Origin: Solirubrobacterales bacterium
Lineage (GTDB): Bacteria > Actinomycetota > Thermoleophilia > Solirubrobacterales > JACPNS01
Assembly (NCBI GenBank): GCA_051306435.1
Contig: JBPPNF010000052.1
Coordinates: forward strand, 92,921-156,920
Length of the DNA stretch: 64,000 bases
Direction of reading: 5' to 3'
A program made the translations under genes and the position numbers. Every line of letters starts with the position of its first letter. Within the stretch, counting starts at the first letter, position 1. The notes below the pieces were generated by a model. It saw nothing but the letters and a program-made list of their open reading frames with translations. It was not told the DNA's origin and did no database searches. This document shows, in pieces, positions 41,667 to 51,137 of this stretch.

Positions 41667-41739
41667 ATTTTCGTTTTGATTGAAGTTCCGCGCGTAGCTG
41701 CCGATACAGGCGGAGTACAACAATCGTCGAGGTGGACCA

Positions 41740-44214
41740 ATGTCAGACGGCCAGTTTCCGTCCGAGTCTCCGCAAGACCCGGTCAACGCCCCCGAGGCAA
41801 GCTCAGAAAACCTTTCAGAAGAACCCGGTCTCGCGCCGATTGGTGCCTCCACGCCCGGAGCCCGGCCGCAGAATCCTGACGAGCCTGCAATCCACATCCC
41901 GACCGGCGGGCAGTACCCCGAGGACATGTTCGGAGTGGGCGGAGACGAAGCCGTCGTCGAGCTGCCGCAGGACGCATCCTCCGGTGGCCTTGCAGACGTG
42001 GGCCTCGACTACGGCGACCCCAGCAACGAGATTGAGCTCCCACCCCCGGCCGAACCGCAGCCTTTGACCGAACTCGCGATGGACCCGCTCCCGACGCCGC
42101 AGGGCGACGCCGGCGGCGACATGTTCTCGGTCGACGAGTTGATCGAACCTGAGCCTGAGGTGCAGAATCTTGCCGCGCCGGCGCCGCTCGCCGCACCTGC
42201 CGACAACGGCGACATGTTCTCGATCGACGACTTCGCAGACGAGCAGTCGGCAACGCCGCAGGTGATCGAGCCGCGCGCTGCCGAGCCGCTTGCCGCTCCT
42301 GAGCCGTTGGCTTCTCCCGAGCCACTGGCCGTAGAACCGCTTGAGGTTGCACCGCTTGAAGTTGAACCCGTGGCCGCAGAGCCGTTGGCTTCTCCCGAGC
42401 CGCTGGCCGCGCCAGAGCCGATGGCCACCGAGCCGGTTGAAACCGAGTCCTTCTCCATGGAGCCGATCGCCCCACCCGAGCCATCCTTTGAGCTGGAGCA
42501 GCCGGTCTTCGAGATGGACGTGCCCGGAGCCGAGCCGATTGCGGCCGTCCCGGACGCGCAGGAGGGACAGCCGGCCAGTGACCGCGAACTGCTCTTCTCG
42601 CAACCGACCGAGTCTGCCCCGCCGCTCGCAGGCGAAGAGATCGCCAACCCTTACGCCGAGGTTTCCGAGGAAGCCGACGTGCTTGACCCGGCGTCTGGAT
42701 TCACCGATGAACCCGAGCACGACCCGGGCGAGATCCAGCAGATCGTCAACCCCTACGCCGAGGTTTCGAATGAAGCCGAAGTGATCGACCCGGCGATGGC
42801 GCTGTCCAACACGGACGCCGCTGTCGGCGAGGACGAACAGGAGGTGTTCGTTCGTAGCGACCCGACTCAGGCCCCCCCGCCTGAGCAGGAGGCCGCGCCT
42901 GCGCAGGACGGCGGTCAGAAGTACTACCAGGACCTCGACGCCGCCAGCGGATATGACGACGCCGACCTTCCGGCGACCGACCGCACCAAAAGCGTCGCGC
43001 CTCCAGGGATGGAGGGCATGGTCGTCGGCGGTCTCGTCGTCGCAGACGGCGGCAAAGGTGGCAAGAAGCCGCTGGACGCGCCGTCCGCGAAGGGCAAGGG
43101 CAAGAAAGCGAAGCGTGGATCCTTTGGTCTGGGCAAGAAGCAGGCCGACGATGCTCCGCAGGCCGAACAGCTCCTTCAGGACGCCGAGATGCCCCCGCCG
43201 CCGGCATTCGCAGAGGCTCCGGCCGGCTACGTCGACCCGGTCGCGGCTGCTGTAGCTGCGGCCTCGGCTCAGCCTGCAGCCCCGGAGCACGCGGCCGCTC
43301 CCGCAGTCGTGGCGCAGCCGGCTGCTCCGATCGCACCGCCCACAGACGGTGGCTACGCCCAGCCGGGTGAGAACACCATGCAGCCCGCCGGCAAGCAGAA
43401 GACCTTCTTCGGGATCAAGTACGGCAAGCCCGAAGCGGCGCCAGCCGCAGCGATGCCCGCCACGCAACCGGCTGCCCCGGCAGCACCCGCCGCAGGCAAG
43501 CCCAAGTCGTTCTTCGGAATCAAGTACGGCAAGCCCGAAGGGGCAGCACCCGCGCCGCTCCAGGCGCAGGCCCCTGAGCCGGCCCAGGCCCCCGCGCCCG
43601 CAGCTGCGCCAGTTCCGCAGCCGGACGCATTCGCCGTGCCGCCCGTCCCGTACGCCCAGGATCTTCCGACCGAAACCGCGCAGCCGGCGCAGCCCTACAT
43701 CGAGCAGCCGCAGCAGCCGCGGGCGCAGGTGATCCAGAGCGCCGAGGCTGCCGCCCACGCCAAGAAGCGGGGCAGGAACAAGAAGCAGAAGGCCCCCAAG
43801 CAGCCGTCTGCGCAGAAGTCGTTCTTCGGAATCAAGTACGGCGGACCCAAGGCACCGCAAGCGTCGGGCAAGCGGAAGACCTTCTTCGGCATCAAGTACG
43901 GCAAGCCCGAGCCCGTCCCGGGCGAAGCCGCGCCTGCCGCACCGGCAGCAGAGGCCTACGCGCAGATCCCGCAGCAGCAGGTCGCCGCTGTCGGATACCA
44001 GGACGCAGTCATGCCGCAGCAGCCGATCCAGGCCGTTGCAGCGGCACCCACCGCCTTCCCAGGGGGATACCCGGCCGACTTTGCGAGCAGCGGAGCGCAA
44101 GCTCCCGCTGCCGTGACGGCCGCAGCACCCCAGCAACCCACGGAACAGATCATGCCTCCCGTCGCCCAGACGGCGCAGCAGAACCCGCTGCAGGCTCAAC
44201 CTCCGACGCAGTAG
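41740..44214 (+). CDS. 824-aa intrinsically disordered Pro/Ala/Glu-rich protein with repeated short linear motifs
   Basis: ATG after the SD GAGGTG. There is no TM segment and no signal peptide. The N-terminal half is acidic and the C-terminal half has basic patches. Motifs: FFGIKYG(K/G)P x4, GDMFS(V/I)D x2 (+1 variant), NPYAEVS.EA.V.DP x2, and PEPLA-type tandem repeats. Confidence 0.75.
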   Translation: MSDGQFPSESPQDPVNAPEASSENLSEEPGLAPIGASTPGARPQNPDEPAIHIPTGGQYPEDMFGVGGDEAVVELPQDASSGGLADVGLDYGDPSNEIELPPPAEPQPLTELAMDPLPTPQGDAGGDMFSVDELIEPEPEVQNLAAPAPLAAPADNGDMFSIDDFADEQSATPQVIEPRAAEPLAAPEPLASPEPLAVEPLEVAPLEVEPVAAEPLASPEPLAAPEPMATEPVETESFSMEPIAPPEPSFELEQPVFEMDVPGAEPIAAVPDAQEGQPASDRELLFSQPTESAPPLAGEEIANPYAEVSEEADVLDPASGFTDEPEHDPGEIQQIVNPYAEVSNEAEVIDPAMALSNTDAAVGEDEQEVFVRSDPTQAPPPEQEAAPAQDGGQKYYQDLDAASGYDDADLPATDRTKSVAPPGMEGMVVGGLVVADGGKGGKKPLDAPSAKGKGKKAKRGSFGLGKKQADDAPQAEQLLQDAEMPPPPAFAEAPAGYVDPVAAAVAAASAQPAAPEHAAAPAVVAQPAAPIAPPTDGGYAQPGENTMQPAGKQKTFFGIKYGKPEAAPAAAMPATQPAAPAAPAAGKPKSFFGIKYGKPEGAAPAPLQAQAPEPAQAPAPAAAPVPQPDAFAVPPVPYAQDLPTETAQPAQPYIEQPQQPRAQVIQSAEAAAHAKKRGRNKKQKAPKQPSAQKSFFGIKYGGPKAPQASGKRKTFFGIKYGKPEPVPGEAAPAAPAAEAYAQIPQQQVAAVGYQDAVMPQQPIQAVAAAPTAFPGGYPADFASSGAQAPAAVTAAAPQQPTEQIMPPVAQTAQQNPLQAQPPTQ
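43405..43911 (+). repeat. four dispersed ~30-nt coding repeats encoding FFGIKYG(K/G)P
   Basis: TTCTTCGGnATCAAGTACGGC... occurs at 43405, 43510, 43822 and 43882, all in the frame of the 41740 ORF. Confidence 0.85.
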
Positions 44215-44271
44215 TCCGCGCGCGCCCGGTGGCACGAGGTTCCCCCGGACTTACGCGTACCATCGCCCGCA

Positions 44272-45006
44272 ATGAATGACGCGTTCTTTGCTGCTCCGTC
44301 GAACGAACTGAACGCACCCGCCTGGGAGCTTTCCGGCTGGTGGCGCCGCGCCGGCGCTTACATCATCGACAGCCTGCTGATCGGCATCCCGGCGATCTTC
44401 CTCAGCGAACTGTTCGCCAGCGGCACAGCAGGGACCGCGGAGACTGGCACAGGGGAGGACTTCGCGATCGAGGGCGGCGCAGTCCTGTTCGTATTCGTCA
44501 TCACCGCGATCTACTACATGTGGACGATGACCGCATGGAACGGTCAGACGGTCGGCAAGAAGGTCACCGGCATACGCGTGGTCAGAGAGAACGGCGAGTC
44601 GATCACCCCAGGCTACGCGTTTGTCCGCCAGTCGCTCGTGATCGGCGTTCTCTTCGGCTGGATCGCTCTGATCCTCCTGTACATCCCGACGATCCTGAAC
44701 TACCTCTGGCCGCTCTGGGATCAGAAGAATCAGGCACTCCACGACAAGATCGTCAACTCGCGCGTGGTGCTCGCCCACGAGGTCAGCAATCCGGGGATCG
44801 CGGTTCCGCCGGCACCAGTCGCACCAGCAGGCCAGCCGACCTACGGATACACACCGCCGTTCCCGCAGGAACCCGCCGCTCAGCCGCCCGCGCCTCAGGC
44901 ACCGGCCCCGCCTCCACCACCGGCTCCGCCCACGCCCGACGGAACGTCGACGCCATACACGCCGCCGCCCGGGTTCGAGAACCCGGTGCCCGACGACGAC
45001 AAGTAG
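44272..45006 (+). CDS. RDD-family membrane protein with a Pro-rich tail
   Basis: WWRRAGAYIIDSLLIGIP... plus three TM segments and HDKIVNSRVV (RDD domain). The C-terminal tail is PPAPQAPAPPPPPAPP. Confidence 0.85.
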   Translation: MNDAFFAAPSNELNAPAWELSGWWRRAGAYIIDSLLIGIPAIFLSELFASGTAGTAETGTGEDFAIEGGAVLFVFVITAIYYMWTMTAWNGQTVGKKVTGIRVVRENGESITPGYAFVRQSLVIGVLFGWIALILLYIPTILNYLWPLWDQKNQALHDKIVNSRVVLAHEVSNPGIAVPPAPVAPAGQPTYGYTPPFPQEPAAQPPAPQAPAPPPPPAPPTPDGTSTPYTPPPGFENPVPDDDK

Positions 45007-45015
45007 CTTCGCGCG

Positions 45016-46425
<1,410 letters not shown>

Positions 46426-46830
46426 TCAGTTGAGCGCGAGCTTCAGGCCGGTGACATGAGCAATCCGCTCGAAGTCGACGTCGTTGGCGAGCACTTGAAC
46501 GTCGTTGCGCATCGCGACGGCGGCAATCATGCAGTCAACGTGGTTCTGCGGCGTAAAACCGGAGGCTCGGCATTGGCGATAGATGCTCGCCGCCTCAGCG
46601 AAATCGATCGTCGATTCGAATGCAAGGTGATCGAATCTGACGAGCAACTTTCGCAGCTTGCCTCGGCGATCGGGATCCCTGACACCGGCAAGGAGTTCCA
46701 TTGCGACCGGTTCGGTGACGGCAACCGACTCATCGGTCGCAATCAGCTCCGCCAATCGATGGGACTTCGGAGGTCCGGAGTAGCGGAAGTAATCCACCCA
46801 GACCGAAGTGTCGACAAGCGTCAGCGCCAA
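46426..46830 (-). CDS. vapC: type II toxin VapC (PIN domain ribonuclease)
   Basis: LVDTSVWVDYFR..., with conserved acidic residues of the PIN fold. It overlaps the vapB stop by 10 nt. Confidence 0.88.
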   Translation of the reverse strand: MALTLVDTSVWVDYFRYSGPPKSHRLAELIATDESVAVTEPVAMELLAGVRDPDRRGKLRKLLVRFDHLAFESTIDFAEAASIYRQCRASGFTPQNHVDCMIAAVAMRNDVQVLANDVDFERIAHVTGLKLALN

Positions 46831-47033
46831 GATTTCTCCATCTCCTCAGTGGGATCTTCGTCCAAGATGTTTGATCCCTGCATGGCGAGCGCCTCCTCGC
46901 GCGACATCGGATGTCCTGCGAGATGCTGCAGGGCCATCTCCACGGCCTCGCGCTTGGTCTTCAACCCATAGCGCTTCATGATCGTCGCGACAGCCTCGTC
47001 GTCGAGCTCAATGTTGGTGCGGGTGGTGCTCAT
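46821..47033 (-). CDS. vapB: type II antitoxin VapB (TNIELDD-type)
   Basis: MSTTRTNIELDDEAVATIMKRYGLKTKREAVEMALQHL matches the common VapB antitoxin N-terminus. Confidence 0.85.
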   Translation of the reverse strand: MSTTRTNIELDDEAVATIMKRYGLKTKREAVEMALQHLAGHPMSREEALAMQGSNILDEDPTEEMEKSWR

Positions 47034-47057
47034 ACACCAACCATACACCAAGGCGGA

Positions 47058-47816
47058 TCAGCGCGTCGGATCTGCCCTGAGCCGGCTGGCCGTCGGTTCA
47101 TCGGCCACCGAGTCAAACGGGTCAACCCGCTTGTCCGTGCCGAACAGCGGCAGCGGGTCACCGCAGATCTCGATCAGGCGCGAGACCGTTCGCTCGCCGA
47201 TCTGGTCGGAGAGTTCCTGGCCCAGCAGGTTGGTCGTGATCGTGATTGCTCTGCCTTCTTCGTAACGCTCGTTGACGATCGCGTAGAGCTGCTCAAGCAC
47301 CCACTCCGTCTGTTGCTCGGCGCCGAGATCGTCGAGGTGCAGCAGGTCGACCGCCGTCAGCTTCTTGAAGAGCTGCGCGTACGAGGAGTCGGAGTCTGAG
47401 TCGAAGGTGTTGCGGATCTCTGCCAGCAGGCGCGGCACCGAGTAGATCGCCACCGAGTGGCCGGCGCGCAGGGCTTCCTTGCTGACGAGCATTGCGAGCG
47501 TGGTCTTGCCCGTTCCGGTGTCGCCGGTGAACCAGAGGCCCTTGCCGGCGGCAAGCTGATCGTCGATCGTGCGGACGTACTTGAGCACGGCGCGCGAGAC
47601 GTCGGGCGGGAAGTTCAATGGCCGGCCGGAGCTCGTGATCTGACGACCGTCGTCGGAGAGTCCGATGCCGGCGAAGCGACGCGGGATCGTGGTGATCAGT
47701 CCGCGCGTTCGCGCGCGGCGCAAGGTCTCTTCGCGGCAGACACACGGCTTGGCTTCACCGTCGATTCCGAGCACCCAGGTGGCGCCGTGGCAGTGCGGGC
47801 AGACAAAGCGGGCCAT
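47058..47816 (-). CDS. DnaC/DnaI-like AAA+ ATPase with an N-terminal 4-Cys zinc knuckle (putative helicase loader)
   Basis: The ATG lies 2 nt after the dnaB stop. Walker A GDTGTGKTTLA, Walker B LLHLDDLGAE, ITTN, and CPHC...CVC at the N-terminus. Confidence 0.85.
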   Translation of the reverse strand: MARFVCPHCHGATWVLGIDGEAKPCVCREETLRRARTRGLITTIPRRFAGIGLSDDGRQITSSGRPLNFPPDVSRAVLKYVRTIDDQLAAGKGLWFTGDTGTGKTTLAMLVSKEALRAGHSVAIYSVPRLLAEIRNTFDSDSDSSYAQLFKKLTAVDLLHLDDLGAEQQTEWVLEQLYAIVNERYEEGRAITITTNLLGQELSDQIGERTVSRLIEICGDPLPLFGTDKRVDPFDSVADEPTASRLRADPTR

Positions 47817-47818
47817 GC

Positions 47819-49756
47819 CTAGAACTCAACTTCTTCGTCGTAGCCGTCGCTGACGCGTGCCGCCGGGGTGCGGTCGGGATTGCCGCCACCGTCGTCGTAG
47901 CCCTTGGGCTTGTTGGTGAACTTCGGGTAGTGGTGAAGGAAGGTGAGCTCGACGTCGCCCACCGGACCGTTGCGGTGCTTGGCGAAGATGATGTCCGCGA
48001 TGCCCGGGCGTTCGCTGTCTTCGCGCAGGTAGTACTCCTCGCGGTAGATGAAGGCGACGACGTCTGCGTCCTGCTCGATCTGGCCCGAGTTGTGAGTGAC
48101 GATGCCGTCGTTTGCGATCCAGTTGGCGGGGCCGGGGATCGTGAGGTCGTACACCGTGGCAACTCCAGCTTCCTCGATCGACTCGACCGTGGACAACTCA
48201 CACCTGATCGAGTTGTCCACGCGGTCGGAAGCTCCGACCGCGATCTTCGCTCCGACTGGCGATTCACATCTGACCTGACTCATGCCGACTTCGAGCGAGC
48301 CGATCTTCTGCCATCCCGACTCGGTCAGGACGGTGTGGTCGGGGGTCGCGGTGATCTCGCGCCCACCAGAAAGGCCAAGGCGAACGGTTGCGCGCTCGCC
48401 GACGCACCAGACTGCATCGCAGCGGGCTGTCACGAAGGACATCGACTGCTCGTCGAACGCGACGACTTCGGCCGTTTCCCCCTCGAGCGATTCGATTGAA
48501 GCCTGTGAGCCATCTGCGAGCTTGACCAGCGTGTCACCCGTGACACATTCACGAAGATCCGACAGCTGCGGACGCGGCGGCTGGCGGCTTTCCACGGCGC
48601 GTGAGAGCTGGGAGACGGCGATCACCGGGACCTCAAGCTCACGGGCGAGAATCTTCAGGCCTCGGCTCATCTGGGCGACCTGCTCGACGCGGCTGTCGCG
48701 GCCGTCGTTGGCGCGCAGCAGCTGGAGGTAGTCGACGATGATCAGGCCGAGGCCGGACTTGCCGCCCTGGTTCTCCTGGCCGAGGAACTTGCCGTGCAGT
48801 CTGCGGGCCTTGGCGCGCAGCTCGATGATGTTGATGTCTGAGGAGTCGTCGATCCAGAGCGGGGCGTCGTCGAAGGCCTGGGCGGCTTCGAGCACCTTCG
48901 GCCAGTCGGTCTTCTTGATCTGGCCCTTGCGCATGGCGTCGCCGCTGAGCTTGGCCTGCGAGGCGAGGAAGCGCTGCGAGAGTTCGGTCTTGGACATTTC
49001 GAGCGAGAAGATCGCGACGGGGTAGCCCTTCAGCGCGGCGTTCTCGGCGATGTTTGTGACCAGAGCAGACTTGCCCATCGAGGGACGCGCGGCGACGATG
49101 ATCAGGTTGCCGGGCTGCAGGCCGCCGGTCAGTTCGTCGACCTCGCGGAAGCCCGTGGGTGTGCCGGTGACGGCGTTGCCGTGCAGTGACTGCTGCTCGA
49201 GGGCGTTGATCTCTTCGTGCAGGATTTCTGAAAGCTGCACGAGTTCGCCGGACTGGCTGTCCTGGGCGACCTCGAAGACGCGCTGCTGCGCGCGTTCGAG
49301 CAGTTCGCGCGGGTCGCCGTCGCGGGTGGTGACCGACTCCTGGATCTCCTGGCTGGCGCGCACAAGGCCGCGCAGAAGTGAGTTCTCTTTGACGATCTGG
49401 CCGTACTGCTTAGTGTTGCCGAGCGACGGAATTCGCGTGACGAGCGTCTCGATGTAGTCTTTGCCGCCAGCCTCTTCGAGCTTGCCGGTTTCGGCCAGGC
49501 GCGCCGAGACGGTCAGCGTGTCGATCGCCTCGCTGTCGGAGTTGAGCTCGAGCATCGCCTGGAAGATCACGCGGTTGCGCGGGCGATAGAAGTCGTGGGG
49601 ACCGAGGTGGACGTCGACCGTGATCGTGTCGAGCCAGCGGTCGGCGAGCATGATCGCGCCGAGGACCGACGCTTCGGCCCCTTCGTCGTGGGGCGGCGCA
49701 GCAGCAGCCCCGATCAGGCCGTTGCCGGTCGCCGGCTGCGTGCCGGGATCAGCCAA
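47819..49756 (-). CDS. dnaB: replicative DNA helicase DnaB (intein-containing precursor)
   Basis: N-terminal domain EASVLGAIML, Walker A ARPSMGKSAL, IVDYLQLL, and LSDLRE[intein]SGQIEQDAD. Confidence 0.96.
   Translation of the reverse strand: MADPGTQPATGNGLIGAAAAPPHDEGAEASVLGAIMLADRWLDTITVDVHLGPHDFYRPRNRVIFQAMLELNSDSEAIDTLTVSARLAETGKLEEAGGKDYIETLVTRIPSLGNTKQYGQIVKENSLLRGLVRASQEIQESVTTRDGDPRELLERAQQRVFEVAQDSQSGELVQLSEILHEEINALEQQSLHGNAVTGTPTGFREVDELTGGLQPGNLIIVAARPSMGKSALVTNIAENAALKGYPVAIFSLEMSKTELSQRFLASQAKLSGDAMRKGQIKKTDWPKVLEAAQAFDDAPLWIDDSSDINIIELRAKARRLHGKFLGQENQGGKSGLGLIIVDYLQLLRANDGRDSRVEQVAQMSRGLKILARELEVPVIAVSQLSRAVESRQPPRPQLSDLRECVTGDTLVKLADGSQASIESLEGETAEVVAFDEQSMSFVTARCDAVWCVGERATVRLGLSGGREITATPDHTVLTESGWQKIGSLEVGMSQVRCESPVGAKIAVGASDRVDNSIRCELSTVESIEEAGVATVYDLTIPGPANWIANDGIVTHNSGQIEQDADVVAFIYREEYYLREDSERPGIADIIFAKHRNGPVGDVELTFLHHYPKFTNKPKGYDDGGGNPDRTPAARVSDGYDEEVEF
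48089..48547 (-). mobile_element. 153-aa mini-intein inside dnaB
   Basis: It begins CVTGDTLVKLADG (block A), has TPDHTVLT (block B TxxH), and ends VYDLTIPGPANWIANDGIVTHN followed by the +1 Ser. Removing it restores LSDLRESGQIEQDAD. There is no room for an endonuclease domain. Confidence 0.9.
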
Positions 49757-49780
49757 GCCGCATCACTGCGGCCATACCGC

Positions 49781-50233
49781 TTATTCCTTTGAGGTGACGA
49801 TCGTCTTCACGTCGGCAGTCACGCCGTCGTGAACGTCAACCGTGATCGTGTACGTGCCCACTTCGCGGATCGGCTCCGAGATGTGCACGTCCTTGCGCTC
49901 GAGGCGCACACCGCGTGCGTCCTTGATCGCTTCGACGATCTCCTTCTGGGTGACCGAACCGAACAGGCGACCCTCGGGGCCGGCCTCTTCTTCGATCGTG
50001 AGCACGGTCTTGCTGAGCAGAGCGGCGATGTCGCCGGCCTTCTCTGCGCGTTCGACGGCGGCCTGTTCGGCCTCCTGCATCAGGCGCCGTGCCTGCTCGA
50101 TCGACTTACGGTTTGCGGTCGCCGCCAACTGACGGGGGGCGAGGAAGTTACGCAGGTAGCCCGGAGCGACGTCTACGACGTCACCCTTCTCGCCGAGGCT
50201 CTCGACGTCCTGCAGAAGAATTGCCTGTGCCAT
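49781..50233 (-). CDS. rplI: 50S ribosomal protein L9
   Basis: MAQAILLQDVESLGEKGDVVDVAPGYLRNFLAPRQLA. ATGA overlap with the rpsR stop. Confidence 0.95.
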   Translation of the reverse strand: MAQAILLQDVESLGEKGDVVDVAPGYLRNFLAPRQLAATANRKSIEQARRLMQEAEQAAVERAEKAGDIAALLSKTVLTIEEEAGPEGRLFGSVTQKEIVEAIKDARGVRLERKDVHISEPIREVGTYTITVDVHDGVTADVKTIVTSKE

Positions 50234-50526
50234 CAGCCCTTCGCTCCCGGACGACCTTCGGCGACGTACGGCAGCAGAGCGATCTCGCGGGCGCGCTTGA
50301 CGGCGCGGGCGATCTGGGTCTGGTGACGACGGCAGCTGCCGGTGTTTCCACGGCCCTTGAGCTTGCCGCGCTCGCTGACGAAGCGACGGAGCGTTTCGAC
50401 GTCCTTGTAGTCGACCTTGTCGATCTTGCTCTGGCAGAGCGAGCACGACTTACGGCGACCGCCGCGGGGGTCGCGCTTGTCACGCTTGGCAGACGACGTC
50501 GAGGTGCGTGGCTTGGGCTTGGGCAT
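50233..50526 (-). CDS. rpsR: 30S ribosomal protein S18
   Basis: IDKVDYKDVETLRRFVSERGKLKGRGNTGSCRRHQTQIARAVKRAREIALLPY. ATG at 50526. Confidence 0.95.
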   Translation of the reverse strand: MPKPKPRTSTSSAKRDKRDPRGGRRKSCSLCQSKIDKVDYKDVETLRRFVSERGKLKGRGNTGSCRRHQTQIARAVKRAREIALLPYVAEGRPGAKG

Positions 50527-50600
50527 TCTGGTTCTGATCCTTTGGTCTGGCTGAAGATTTGACGCCGGGCGCGGCAGTGGCCTGCGCCTGGCGTCAATGA

Positions 50601-50628
50601 AAAAGTTGGTCTCCCGCAAGAGAGACCG
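50601..50628 (-). terminator. intrinsic terminator/attenuator between ssb and rpsR
   Basis: The minus strand reads GGTCTCTC-ttgc-GGGAGACC (8 bp including one G-U) followed by AACTTTTTC. Confidence 0.55.
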
Positions 50629-50648
50629 ACCTTCTTCAGATCAGGTCT

Positions 50649-51137
50649 CTAGAACGGAATGTCGTCCTCGGACGGTGCGCTTGCACCACCAGAGGCACCT
50701 GCGCCAACAGGCTGGAAGTCAGACTGGTCGGCTCCGCCGGAGTTGCCGGCATTGCCAGAAGACGCATAACCACCGCTGTTCCCACCGGAAGACGCGTCAT
50801 CGCGGCCTCCAAGGAACTGGACGGTGTCGGCGATTATATCGACGCCCTGACGCTTGTTGCCTTCCTTGTCGGTCCACTCGCGCCAGTCGAGGCGGCCGTC
50901 GATCGCGACGGGGCGCCCGCGGCTGAGGAACTTGGCGACGTTGTCGCCCTGCGCACCCCAGACTTTGACGTTGAAGTAGTTGGGCTTGTCGACCCACTGA
51001 CCGGACTCGTTGTCCTTGCGGCGACCGTTGACGGCGATCCGCAGATCACAGACGGTCGTGCCTGAAGGAAGGGCGTTGATGACGGGATCGGCCGTGAGGT
51101 TGCCGGTGACGATCACGCGGTTGATGTTCTGGGCCAT
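50649..51137 (-). CDS. ssb: single-stranded DNA-binding protein
   Basis: MAQNINRVIVTGNLTADP... OB fold, a Gly-rich linker and the acidic tip DDIPF. The ATG at 51137 follows the SD AAAGGAAA. Confidence 0.95.
   Translation of the reverse strand: MAQNINRVIVTGNLTADPVINALPSGTTVCDLRIAVNGRRKDNESGQWVDKPNYFNVKVWGAQGDNVAKFLSRGRPVAIDGRLDWREWTDKEGNKRQGVDIIADTVQFLGGRDDASSGGNSGGYASSGNAGNSGGADQSDFQPVGAGASGGASAPSEDDIPF

Noticed and set aside
41815-44235. An 806-aa ORF lies on the minus strand, mirroring the 824-aa disordered-protein gene.
   Set aside because: Its translation is Arg/Gly/Leu-rich junk typical of the antisense frame of a GC-rich gene. It has no SD or sensible start context. The plus-strand frame carries an SD, an ATG and internally conserved peptide motifs.
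47058-47816. The AAA+ gene might be the IstB helper of an IS21-family insertion sequence.
   Set aside because: There is no IstA transposase ORF, no terminal inverted repeats and no target duplication nearby. The gene is translationally coupled to dnaB and has an N-terminal zinc knuckle not typical of IstB. It is kept as a loader candidate instead.
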